Shown piece by piece: positions 18,461 through 27,327 of a stretch of DNA of 64,000 nt. Within the stretch, counting starts at the first letter, position 1; every line of letters begins with the position of its first letter. The translations under genes and the position numbers were made by a program. The notes beneath the pieces are model-generated. The model saw only the letters and a list, made by a program, of their open reading frames with translations. It ran no database searches and was not told the DNA's origin. Origin of the DNA: an uncultured Clostridia bacterium (lineage in GTDB: Bacteria > Bacillota > Clostridia > TANB77 > CAG-508); NCBI GenBank assembly GCA_944393125.1, contig CALXZB010000002.1, positions 2,412 through 66,411 of the forward strand, written 5' to 3'.

Positions 18461-18537
18461 ACATTAAACAAAACATTCAAAGTTCTGCGAATGTCATTTG
18501 TGCTTGTATGTGTATCACAACTACACATACTTTTTTT
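18461..18537 (+). ncRNA. Candidate ~75-nt small RNA (an orphan promoter-to-terminator unit with no ORF)
   Basis: The transcript is predicted to start ~7 nt after the -10. It ends at the intrinsic terminator gtatgtgt-atcacaact-acacatac (8-bp stem, 18506-18530) plus a T7 run (18531-18537). The only ORF is 20 codons and has no RBS. Confidence 0.35.
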
Positions 18538-18544
18538 ATATAAA

Positions 18545-18573
18545 ACAGGATAGACCACAACATTCTATCCTGT
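18545..18573. terminator. Hairpin terminator serving the convergent 41-aa gene
   Basis: acaggataga-ccacaacat-tctatcctgt is a perfect 10-bp stem with A/T runs on both sides. It lies 13 nt below the stop at 18586. Confidence 0.5.
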
Positions 18574-18585
18574 TTTATAATATTA

Positions 18586-18711
18586 TTATGTATCATTCAC
18601 TTTGTTTTTTTCATCTTTTGTATTTGCTTTCATAGATTTTAATGCTTCAATTTCTTCTTTTTGTTTTAATAATTTATCTACTAATTGCAAAATTAGTTCT
18701 GCATTTGTCAT
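18586..18711 (-). CDS. Small 41-aa protein (MTNAELILQLVDKLLKQKEEIEALKSMKANTKDEKNKVNDT). It is below the ORF-track size cut-off.
   Basis: The ATG is preceded by GGGAGGAAGCACAT (a strong RBS at 8-nt spacing). The product is helical and amphipathic. The gene is followed by a terminator. Confidence 0.4.
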   Translation of the reverse strand: MTNAELILQLVDKLLKQKEEIEALKSMKANTKDEKNKVNDT

Positions 18712-18913
18712 ATGTGCTTCCTCCCTTCCGTCCTTATGTAAAAGACTACCTTATGACAAGAAAGGTTGATAATATACTACTATATTTTACATAAAAAAAC
18801 AAGCAAACATAGTAAAAATTTACAATTAATTTTTAGTTTAAGTAGATATTATTATAAAATAAAACAAGTTAATTTTATGTATAACATTTGTAAATTATAA
18901 CACAGAAAAAAAG

Positions 18914-18980
18914 ACTAACAGAACAAAAGGTTAGTATTTTTTTCAATATTAAAGACCAGGAAAACAATCCTAGTCTTTTT
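18914..18980. terminator. Two adjacent hairpin terminators downstream of gene 19060..19683
   Basis: The first is actaac-agaacaaaag-gttagt, with an A-run before it and a T8 run after it. The second is aagaccagg-aaaacaat-cctagtctt followed by ttttt. Confidence 0.45.
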
Positions 18981-19059
18981 GTTTAATTATCTATTTTATT
19001 GAAAATCAAAAGAACAATGACTTATATAGTTTTTACAAATTATAATTTTATATTAAATA

Positions 19060-19683
19060 TTATCTCTCATCTCCGTCTTTACTATCAAGACTATTATCTT
19101 GTTCCCTCATTTCAAACATATAAAAGAAATCCTCATGCATATTTCTAATAACATCTATATTTTTTGCTCTTTCATAAACAAATCTTGCAACATCATAAGC
19201 ACTTAAAACAGTTTCATTAGAGTCTGTAATAATATCTACTTTTGATTTATCAATTCCCATTGGCAAAGAAACATCATATCCCGTCAAACCTCCAATTTGT
19301 GCTTTGGCAATTTCATCTTCATCAAGTTGTACTCTAAAATATACTTCATCTTTCAACTTTCTAGCCATTGCTTTGCAAGCAACATCTCTACTAATAGAAT
19401 TACTTAATTCAAAATCAGATATTTCCAAGAAATATTTTCTATATTCTTCTGGTATTTCAGATGTTTTTAATTCTCTTGAAAATTTATAAATAAAAGAATT
19501 TATAATTCCTATAATTCCTTTTCCACCTTTTGAAACAGAAACATTTGATGCATCTCCTACTAATTTACTTGCTGTTCCAACTGATGGTCTTAGTCCATTA
19601 TTTAATATACTATCTACATTTTTTCTATTAGAAAAGTGAAAATAATCATTATTTATATCACAATTTTTTATATCTACTATCAT
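19060..19683 (-). CDS. Hypothetical protein (207 aa from MIVDIKN). Its N-terminal motif YFHFSNRKNVDSILNNGL is faintly reminiscent of the ADP-ribosyltransferase-fold / DarT (DUF4433) N-termini.
   Basis: AGGAGG lies 9 nt before the internal ATG at 19681-19683; the longer ORF-track start lacks an RBS. No confident family could be assigned. Confidence 0.55.
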   Translation of the reverse strand: MIVDIKNCDINNDYFHFSNRKNVDSILNNGLRPSVGTASKLVGDASNVSVSKGGKGIIGIINSFIYKFSRELKTSEIPEEYRKYFLEISDFELSNSISRDVACKAMARKLKDEVYFRVQLDEDEIAKAQIGGLTGYDVSLPMGIDKSKVDIITDSNETVLSAYDVARFVYERAKNIDVIRNMHEDFFYMFEMREQDNSLDSKDGDER

Positions 19684-19777
19684 TAGTAATTTCCTCCTAG
19701 TTCTTAACAAATCTCATCCAATAGTGTTGATTTAAAATTATGATAACATATTTTTTCTTTTAAGTAAATAATAATTT

Positions 19778-19924
19778 TTATACTACTTTTTTATTTCTTC
19801 TATAATATTCTGCAATTAATTCATCAAGTTCAATGCTTAACTGATAAATTATGCTATAATCTTTGCCAGTAACAATACTTTCATTAAGTTTATCTCTTAA
19901 TTTACAAATTTCTTCATTTAACAT
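19778..19924 (-). CDS. Spo0E-like sporulation regulatory protein (aspartyl-phosphate phosphatase family), 48 aa. It is below the ORF-track cut-off.
   Basis: The translation is MLNEEICKLRDKLNESIVTGKDYSIIYQLSIELDELIAEYYRRNKKVV. The pattern L..IE.LR..L......D..Y......S..LD.LI..Y matches the Spo0E family signature. GGAGAG lies upstream of the ATG. Confidence 0.6.
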   Translation of the reverse strand: MLNEEICKLRDKLNESIVTGKDYSIIYQLSIELDELIAEYYRRNKKVV

Positions 19925-20147
19925 ACAGCATCTCTCCTTTTTTACAATTATTTGTCAGTACACTTATAAATTAACATATTTTTACAATTGGGTCAATAAA
20001 ATATTTCAAATATTTGCTTTTTCGTATGACCTTTTTCTTTAGATTTCACTGTATTTTGACATTTTATAACATAATATACCATAGTTTCACATTTTTTATA
20101 TTACTTTTTTGTGTATTTTTTATTACATTAATGCAATTTGATTACAA

Positions 20148-21422
20148 TTAAGACTTTTTTATTACAGAAAGCACCATTTTTGTGTCATCAAAAACACTTT
20201 TTAAAACTTGATCGACATATTGCTCATTAATTATTAGCATTTCTTCTAAATAATCAAAACTATTTATTTCTTTAAAAAAGTCCGCCAAAAACATTCTTGC
20301 AATATTTGATACATCGTTATATTCTTTAATATATTCACCATAAATTCTTTTCTTTATTCTATTAAATTCTTGTGAATCTATTGTAGTATTTTTCATATTA
20401 TTTACTTGTTGTTTAATTTTTTCATATACTATTTCTGGTTTAGGAGATTGTCCTGTTATTAAAATGTGAGCATAGTCTTTAGAAAACTCATAATCTAAGC
20501 TTGGTGTCGCATATAGCAATCCTTCTTCGTATAATTCTTTATATAGTTTTGAACTTTTTCCAATAATCATATTTAATAATATTTCTACTGCTATATGTTT
20601 ACGAACTCTTTCTTTCGTATCCGCTATTTTGTCTTTTATTCCTATTACAAATAAAGGTTGGCTTACATCCATTTTTTCTTCTACTTTATTTTTTACAATA
20701 TCTTCTTTTTCTTTTGGATATATTCTTTTTATCTCTCCGTTTGCTTCTTTATTAATTAGCCTTTTCTTTATTTCCTCAAGTAATTTTTCAGGTTCAAAAT
20801 CTCCACAAACTACCATAACCATGTTTGAAGGATTGTAAAAAGTATTATAACATTTATACAAAATTTCTTTATTTATGTGACTTATTGTTTCAATAGTTCC
20901 TGTTATATCTAGTTTTATAGGATGTTCATAATACATTGCTTCTAATGCATTTAGATATACTTTCCACTCTGGATAATCGTCATACATCATTATTTCTTGT
21001 CCTATTATTCCTTTTTCTTTTTCAACATTTTCATCTGTAAAATATGGATGTTGTATATAATCCATTAATTCATCTAAAGCAGGATAAAAATTTTCTGTAC
21101 ATTCAAATAAATATGCAGTGTGATCATTTGTAGTATATGCATTTGCTTCTACACCTAAAGCTGTAAGTGTGTCTAAACTATTTAATCCACTTTCTTGTTC
21201 AAACATCTTATGCTCCAAAAAGTGTGCCACACCTTTAGGGACTTCAGTTTCTTTATCTTCGCCTGGTACAATAAACTTACTATCATTTGAACCATAATTT
21301 GTTCCAATAATTGCATATTTTTTTTGAACTCCTTTTTTAGGAATAATCATTACTGTTAGCCCATTTTCAAGTTTTTCTACATAAACTTTTTCTTGTACTT
21401 TTAAATTTTCTATAATTTGCAT
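20148..21422 (-). CDS. M16-family zinc peptidase (pitrilysin/insulinase-like, active subunit)
   Basis: The 424-aa ORF has the inverted zinc-binding motif HFLEH (HxxEH) near the N-terminus. Confidence 0.85.
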   Translation of the reverse strand: MQIIENLKVQEKVYVEKLENGLTVMIIPKKGVQKKYAIIGTNYGSNDSKFIVPGEDKETEVPKGVAHFLEHKMFEQESGLNSLDTLTALGVEANAYTTNDHTAYLFECTENFYPALDELMDYIQHPYFTDENVEKEKGIIGQEIMMYDDYPEWKVYLNALEAMYYEHPIKLDITGTIETISHINKEILYKCYNTFYNPSNMVMVVCGDFEPEKLLEEIKKRLINKEANGEIKRIYPKEKEDIVKNKVEEKMDVSQPLFVIGIKDKIADTKERVRKHIAVEILLNMIIGKSSKLYKELYEEGLLYATPSLDYEFSKDYAHILITGQSPKPEIVYEKIKQQVNNMKNTTIDSQEFNRIKKRIYGEYIKEYNDVSNIARMFLADFFKEINSFDYLEEMLIINEQYVDQVLKSVFDDTKMVLSVIKKS

Positions 21423-22712
21423 TTATTTGTCCTCCTTTGATGTTTTATTGTCTTTTAAAAAATATATTGTATTTATTGTAACAGCTTTTGCAATTTCAAT
21501 TATTTCTTCTTTTGTTACTTTTTGAATTTTCTTAATATATTCATCTAACGAAGTTTTAGAATCTGTTAATTCTTGTCCAAAGAAATAAGTAATTTCAGTA
21601 TCTTGTTCATCAGCTATTCCTTTAATTCCTGATATTATTCCATTTTTAGCATTTATAATATCTTCATCAGTAAATATTCCATTTTTCATATCTTCTAATT
21701 GTTTGCGTATTATTTCCATTGTTTTTTTATAATTCTTTATTTCAATTCCACATTTTATAAATATATTACTTTTATATTTTACATAACTTGAACTTGCTGT
21801 ATAAGCTAAACTAGCTTTTTCTCTTACTTCTTGAAACATTTTTGAATTTGCAGTTCCACCTAATATTGCATTATATAGCATTACATGATATTTTTGTTCT
21901 TCGTTTTTTAGATGCACATCTAATCCTATTGTTATTTTTCCTTGTACTACATCCATTTCTTCTATAATTTCTTGTTCTTCTATATCTTCTTTTTCTTCTA
22001 GTTTGTTAATTTTATATTTTGCATCTCTTTCTTGTAATTTTTTTATGTTTTCATTTTTCTCTAATATTTCTTTTAAATTTTTTACATTTCCTGAAATAAA
22101 TATATCTATTTTACATTGAGATATCATTAATTTGTAATAATCATATAGTTCTTTTGGTGTAATAGCTTTTAAATCTTCTATATAGCCATATTTATATAAT
22201 CCATAAGGCTTATCTTTATACATTTCTTCAATACATCTTTCTAATGCATATCCAGCTTTATTATCTGATTTTCCTTCTATAATCCTTTTGATGTTTTCTT
22301 TTTCTTGTTCAACATATTCCTTTTTAAATGCATCATTTTCTACCAAAGGATTAAATACAATTTCAAGTATTTTTTCTATTCCAGATTTTAATATATTTTC
22401 AGACTTTTGAGGAATAAAATTGTCATTTATACTTTCTAAATAAAATTTTAATATGTGGTTATCTCCCATTTTATCTAATCCACAGTCAAAACTTGCTCCA
22501 TACATTTCTTCTAGCTCTTGGCTTATTTTTTCTTGTGTTGGCATATTTTTGCTTCCTCTTCTTAAAACTGCTGATATTAAGGCATTTTTAGTTACAGTTT
22601 CTTTTGATATAGGCATACTCAAAAATATTGCAATTAAATTTGTTTTAAACTTATCTGTTTCTATTTCATGTAGTTTTATTCCTTTTTTTATTTCTTTTCC
22701 ATTATATCGCAT
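21423..22712 (-). CDS. M16-family peptidase paralogue, the probable non-catalytic partner
   Basis: The 429-aa ORF abuts the previous gene (the stop and start are adjacent). It has M16 fold-like organisation without a clear HxxEH. Confidence 0.8.
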   Translation of the reverse strand: MRYNGKEIKKGIKLHEIETDKFKTNLIAIFLSMPISKETVTKNALISAVLRRGSKNMPTQEKISQELEEMYGASFDCGLDKMGDNHILKFYLESINDNFIPQKSENILKSGIEKILEIVFNPLVENDAFKKEYVEQEKENIKRIIEGKSDNKAGYALERCIEEMYKDKPYGLYKYGYIEDLKAITPKELYDYYKLMISQCKIDIFISGNVKNLKEILEKNENIKKLQERDAKYKINKLEEKEDIEEQEIIEEMDVVQGKITIGLDVHLKNEEQKYHVMLYNAILGGTANSKMFQEVREKASLAYTASSSYVKYKSNIFIKCGIEIKNYKKTMEIIRKQLEDMKNGIFTDEDIINAKNGIISGIKGIADEQDTEITYFFGQELTDSKTSLDEYIKKIQKVTKEEIIEIAKAVTINTIYFLKDNKTSKEDK

Positions 22713-22759
22713 TTTATACCATTCCTTTCCATTTATTAGTATAATATTTTTTAGAATAT

Positions 22760-24076
22760 TTATTCAATTCCTATAGTAATTAATTTGTCAATATATTCTG
22801 CCATAAATATAGGTATATTTAATATTTTACCACTTTTATCTAAATTTCTTGCTGAAAACCTAACAGAAATTTTATTTTCATTCAATTCATTAAATTTTGT
22901 TAAACTTACATTGTTTATATTTTCGCTCGACTTAACCTCTATAGGTATAATTTCATTTTTATGTTGTATAATAAAATCTATTTCGTGCCTATCAAACACA
23001 TAGTAATTAGGCTTGTTTTCAAATTTGAACATCAACATATTTAATATAAAATTTTCCGTTAATGCTCCTTTAAATTCCTCAAATAATTTATTTCCTTGAA
23101 TAACTATTTTAGAATCTAAATTTGCTTTTCTTCTTAATAATCCTACATCTAACATATATAATTTAAAACTACTTAAATCTGTGTATGCATTTAGTGGAAA
23201 ATCTGGTTTAGTTACATTAAATATTTTATTTACAATATTTGAATTATTTAACCAATCTATTGCATCTTCATATTCTCTTGCTCTAGCTCCTCTTTTAGCA
23301 ACTTGGTACAAAAATTTTTTATTTTCCCTTGCAAGTTGTGATATTATACTTTCCCATATAATAGATATTTTTGATTGCATATTTGTAGAATCTGTGTGTT
23401 TTCCAAAATCATCTTCATAGCCTCTTAAAATTTGTTTTTGTATTCTATTTACTTCTTCTATATCTTTTGTTGATACCCACGTTTGTACTACTTCTGGCAT
23501 GCCTCCTACTATAAAATATGATTTTATTTTTTCGCTTAATTGATTAAATATCATATCTGGTATTTTTTCAATTTTAGTTATTGATTCCATATATTCTACT
23601 AAATTTTTTTGATTATCTGCCAACAAAAATTCTGTAAATGTCATAGGATACATTTCTAAATATTCTACTTTTCCTACAGGAAATGAAGTATGTGATAATT
23701 TAATTCCAAGCAAGCTTCCCGCACAAACTATATGATACTCATTAGCTTCTTCTTGAAAGTATTTTAATGAATTTAATGCATCTGGACATTCTTGCACTTC
23801 ATCAAATATAATTAATGTTTTACCTGGTTTTATTGCTTTTCCTGTTGCAAATACTAATTGTTCTAGTATTCTTTTGGGATCCTTTGTATTTGCAAATAAT
23901 TCTTTAAGTGTTTCATCATGATCAAAGTTAAAATAGGCTATATTTTCGTATTCTTCTTTTCCAAATTCTTTCAATATATATGTTTTACCAACTTGTCTTG
24001 CACCTTTTAATATTAAAGGCTTTCTATCTATTCTATTTTTCCATTCAATTAGTTGTTCTTTTATATATCTACGCAT
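22760..24076 (-). CDS. AAA+ ATPase with a C-terminal DUF4143 domain (COG1373-type predicted ATPase)
   Basis: It has a Walker A motif (GARQVGKT) and a Walker B motif (LIIFDEVQ). The C-terminal region resembles DUF4143. The start is taken at MRRYIK (AAGAGG 8 nt upstream) rather than the GTG of the ORF track. Confidence 0.75.
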   Translation of the reverse strand: MRRYIKEQLIEWKNRIDRKPLILKGARQVGKTYILKEFGKEEYENIAYFNFDHDETLKELFANTKDPKRILEQLVFATGKAIKPGKTLIIFDEVQECPDALNSLKYFQEEANEYHIVCAGSLLGIKLSHTSFPVGKVEYLEMYPMTFTEFLLADNQKNLVEYMESITKIEKIPDMIFNQLSEKIKSYFIVGGMPEVVQTWVSTKDIEEVNRIQKQILRGYEDDFGKHTDSTNMQSKISIIWESIISQLARENKKFLYQVAKRGARAREYEDAIDWLNNSNIVNKIFNVTKPDFPLNAYTDLSSFKLYMLDVGLLRRKANLDSKIVIQGNKLFEEFKGALTENFILNMLMFKFENKPNYYVFDRHEIDFIIQHKNEIIPIEVKSSENINNVSLTKFNELNENKISVRFSARNLDKSGKILNIPIFMAEYIDKLITIGIE

Positions 24077-24378
24077 TGAAATCACCTCTTTGTATTATAT
24101 GTGTATTTATATAATATTATACACCTGTATTCACATTTTTGCAAGTTTTTCAAGATGTTTTATCACACTTTTTCAATTATTTTTCTATATTTTATCACAT
24201 TTTTGTTTTTTGAAACTTTTGATAATTTCACACATATTTCCTATCTTATATTTAATTTTAGACTAAAGCTTGTTTAATTAAGCAAATCTCTACCTGCTGT
24301 AATCAACGTGTAACAATTTTGCTTAAAAATTAGAGGAAAAGCACCTTTTAAAATCTATCAAATGCTTTGTTTTATTCT

Positions 24379-24423
24379 TGGTTGCGGGGGTAGACTCGAA
24401 CTTACGACCTTTGGGTTATGAGC
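24379..24423 (-). pseudogene. 3' half (about positions 31-76) of an initiator tRNA-Met-like gene. It is a tRNA remnant; no intact 5' half is present.
   Basis: The minus-strand sequence is gctcataacccaaaggtcgtaagttcgagtctacccccgcaacca. It has a CAT anticodon loop, a GGTCG variable/T-stem junction, a TTCGAGT T-loop and a CCCCGCAACCA end. This parallels the E. coli tRNA-fMet 3' half (…GCTCATAACCCGAAGGTCGTCGGTTCAAATCCGGCCCCCGCAACCA) as recalled from memory. The T-stem has a 1-nt deletion. The upstream 31 nt cannot form acceptor or D arms. Confidence 0.55.
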
Positions 24424-24683
24424 AAAACCTAACCACTTTTTGGAAGTTTGTGAAAATTAGACTTTTTGTTGGTATTTCAGTATTTATAAAATTTTTTATA
24501 CACAAAATATTTATGCATTTTTTGAGAAAATTTTACCCAATGTTTACCCAATTTGTATAGTATTTCTGTTCTAGTATTTTAGACTTTTGTAATGATTTTC
24601 AAAAAATTATTGGTGTTGTTTAATCTTAAATATTTTAAAAGAGGGCATCCTAAATAGGACACTCTCTTTATTTTTATTAATTA

Positions 24684-24854
24684 TTAAAATTTTCTTTTTC
24701 TAGCAGCCTCTGATTTTTTCTTTCTCTTTACACTTGGTTTTTCATAATGTTCTCTTTTACGAACTTCTTGAAGAACCCCATTTCTTGCACATTGTCTTTT
24801 AAACCTTTTTAGTGCATCTTCTATATTTCCATTATTAACTTTAATTTCTGACAT
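24684..24854 (-). CDS. rpsU: 30S ribosomal protein S21
   Basis: The translation is [56 protein letters not shown] (56 aa). GGAAGGAGGGG lies before the ATG. The ORF-track N-terminal extension is rejected. Confidence 0.9.
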   Translation of the reverse strand: MSEIKVNNGNIEDALKRFKRQCARNGVLQEVRKREHYEKPSVKRKKKSEAARKRKF

Positions 24855-24980
24855 TAATATTCCCCTCCTTCCGGCGTTTAGAACACTGTATGTGGGATTT
24901 TCCATCTCCTATATACGCTAATTATTATACATTATTTGGATATAGGTTGTCAAGCATTTTAGGAAATTTGTTTCGCTATT

Positions 24981-25502
24981 CTAAATATCATATGGAATAA
25001 CTTTATGCACCTTTAAAGATTGTGGTACATCTATTATTCTTTGATTTGAAGAACCTCTAAATTTCAAGTTCAAATCTTTTTTATCTTCTTCAAATTTTCC
25101 ATCTACAATTACATCAATATATGACATTAATTCTCTTGTTTCTGGCCAATTATCAAACATGTTTCCCATTACATCTTTGTCAAAAGTATATCCTGTGTAA
25201 CACCAAATGTCTTTCTCTGGAAATTTTTCTTTTACCTTTTTTAATAATGGTAATAAACCTTGTTGGTTAGTATATTCTAATGGTTCACCACCTAGAAGTG
25301 AAAGACCAGCTACATATGGATGATCTAATTCTTTTATTATTCTATCAATATCTTCTTCTGTAAATTTTTTCCCATAGTTAAAGTCCCATGCTTGTGCATT
25401 AAAACATCCTTTGCAATGATGATTGCAACCACTTACAAATAGTGATACTCTAACTCCTTTTCCATTTGCTACATCTGCTATTTTTATATCTGCATAGTTC
25501 AT
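24981..25502 (-). CDS. nrdG: Anaerobic ribonucleoside-triphosphate reductase activating protein (radical SAM)
   Basis: It is collinear with E. coli NrdG: MNYADIKIADVANGKGVRVSLFVSGCNHHCKGCFN ... DIWCYTGYTFD. It has the CxxxCxxC cluster motif. Confidence 0.85.
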   Translation of the reverse strand: MNYADIKIADVANGKGVRVSLFVSGCNHHCKGCFNAQAWDFNYGKKFTEEDIDRIIKELDHPYVAGLSLLGGEPLEYTNQQGLLPLLKKVKEKFPEKDIWCYTGYTFDKDVMGNMFDNWPETRELMSYIDVIVDGKFEEDKKDLNLKFRGSSNQRIIDVPQSLKVHKVIPYDI

Positions 25503-25530
25503 TTTTTTGCCTCCGTTTAATTACTATTTT

Positions 25531-27186
25531 TTAGAAGTTCATAATATAATTACTCTTATATTGTGCTTCTCTTTCTCTTCCTAGTGCTGTATAAAATACT
25601 TGTGCTAATTTTTCATTTCCACTATCTTTTTGCTTTTGTATATAATCATATATATCATCATATGCTGTAACATTATCTTGCATTATAATACTTTCATATG
25701 AAGCATCATAATTCTGTAAAGGATAATAATATCTAGATTCACTATTATTATTAGTAATTAGTTTTCTTTTAAAATCTAAATTTAATCTTCCTGCACTTAT
25801 GTTTCCACCATAAGTAGAATCTCCTATATTATCTTGTCCAGCAGTTCCTTCCAAACTTTTATCTCCAATTCTATGGTAATAATGGTAATAACCATCTGTT
25901 CCTAAAATATAAATATTATTTTCAAGAACAACTTCTTTGCTCTCAGTATTTGTTACTATTGTATATCCATTATAAATTTTTCCACCTATATGTAATCCTT
26001 GTAAGAAACTTATTAAAGATATATTATGTGTTATATAATCCCATTCGTCTTCTTTTAGCTCTGGCATTTGGAAATAATTAGTTGAACCTGAGAATTCATT
26101 ATAATTTGCTATTGCAATTGATAAATTTGATTCTATTACATGTCTTATTACAGCTAATCTATGTATATTAAAATTAGATAATTCGTTTTCAATATGTTTA
26201 GAATCTTCAAATATTTTAGTAGTATCATCTGGCCATATAGGTTGTCCATTTGCATCACAAGCATTAGCATAAGTTAAACTTGTTAAGTTTAGAGTGTTTT
26301 TAACTTTATCTGTAAATTCTTTTGCTTTTCTGTAATATTCTTTTGCTTGATTGTTATCATTTATTAATTTTTCATATTCAGCATATTGGTCATCAGGATA
26401 GTTTGCTGTTTTTTTACATTGTACAGTTACTGTTCCATTTGATAAATATACAATTGAATCAATTCCATTAATATTAGCTATATAGTATTTAGTTCCATTT
26501 ATTTTCGCATATGGATATGTTGTATTAGCATTAGATCCAGGTAATGGTACATATTCTTTTAGACTTTCATTTTGAATCTCTATTCCATTATATGTTATTT
26601 TATCTCCAGTTATTTCAATTCCATCTATTAAATATCCACTTTCATTAATATAATTTACTCCATCAACAGTTCCTTGTATTGTTATATAATTATCTAATGC
26701 ATAAGTAATTACTATATCAATGCTTTCTTTTATATATCTACAACTATATGGTATATATGGTTTTAATCCATATTGGCTTGTATAATTTCCATCTAAGTCT
26801 GGATTTCCACTCTCATCTACTGAATTTTGATATGGCGAATATATATAAAATCCATCATACATTGTATATACTAATGCTGGTATATAGTTATCTAGTTCTT
26901 CCTCTGTATATCCATTCAATCTAAATGCAGACATTATTGAATTCCTAAAAGTCGAAATTGATGCTTCAATATCTCTTATTTTTGAGTTTGCTAATTCTGA
27001 TGTTGTACTATTTTCTGCATTAATTTGATATGCTTTTATCGCATCATAGGTTGCTGCAGTTAATTGTGTATCATATAATGTTTGTGTATTTAAAGTTTGG
27101 ATTTGATATTGTGCATACGCTGAAAGTACTAATGAGATAGGTAATATTATTATGACAAATATTATTGCCAGTTCTTGTATTTTCAT
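25531..27186 (-). CDS. Hypothetical secreted/membrane-anchored protein (551 aa)
   Basis: It has an N-terminal signal anchor (MKIQELAIIFVIIILPISLVLSAYA) and an N/Y/T-rich extracellular body. No family was recognised. Confidence 0.5.
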   Translation of the reverse strand: MKIQELAIIFVIIILPISLVLSAYAQYQIQTLNTQTLYDTQLTAATYDAIKAYQINAENSTTSELANSKIRDIEASISTFRNSIMSAFRLNGYTEEELDNYIPALVYTMYDGFYIYSPYQNSVDESGNPDLDGNYTSQYGLKPYIPYSCRYIKESIDIVITYALDNYITIQGTVDGVNYINESGYLIDGIEITGDKITYNGIEIQNESLKEYVPLPGSNANTTYPYAKINGTKYYIANINGIDSIVYLSNGTVTVQCKKTANYPDDQYAEYEKLINDNNQAKEYYRKAKEFTDKVKNTLNLTSLTYANACDANGQPIWPDDTTKIFEDSKHIENELSNFNIHRLAVIRHVIESNLSIAIANYNEFSGSTNYFQMPELKEDEWDYITHNISLISFLQGLHIGGKIYNGYTIVTNTESKEVVLENNIYILGTDGYYHYYHRIGDKSLEGTAGQDNIGDSTYGGNISAGRLNLDFKRKLITNNNSESRYYYPLQNYDASYESIIMQDNVTAYDDIYDYIQKQKDSGNEKLAQVFYTALGREREAQYKSNYIMNF

Positions 27187-27327
27187 ATGTATTCATCTCA
27201 CTTTTTTTATTGTTTCATATATTATAATTACTACATTTATCAAATTTTGTCAATAGATGATTTTGGTAATCTTACCACCAAAAAGCTTAAAAGAGTGTAT
27301 AAATACACCCTTTTAAATTTTATAAAT

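Noticed and set aside
18461-18537. 20-codon ORF (MSFVLVCVSQLHILFLYKTG) within the candidate sRNA
   Set aside because: There is no Shine-Dalgarno. It runs into the terminator hairpin. It is more likely non-coding.
24150-24215. Repeated ttatcaca motifs suggesting DnaA boxes
   Set aside because: They are one base short of the TTATNCACA 9-mer. There are only two copies and they are not clustered with an AT-rich unwinding element next to dnaA or dnaN.
24378-24560. 60-aa plus-strand ORF MVAGVDSNLRPLGYEQ…
   Set aside because: It is simply the translation of the tRNA-fMet remnant (antisense) plus AT-rich spacer. It is not a gene.
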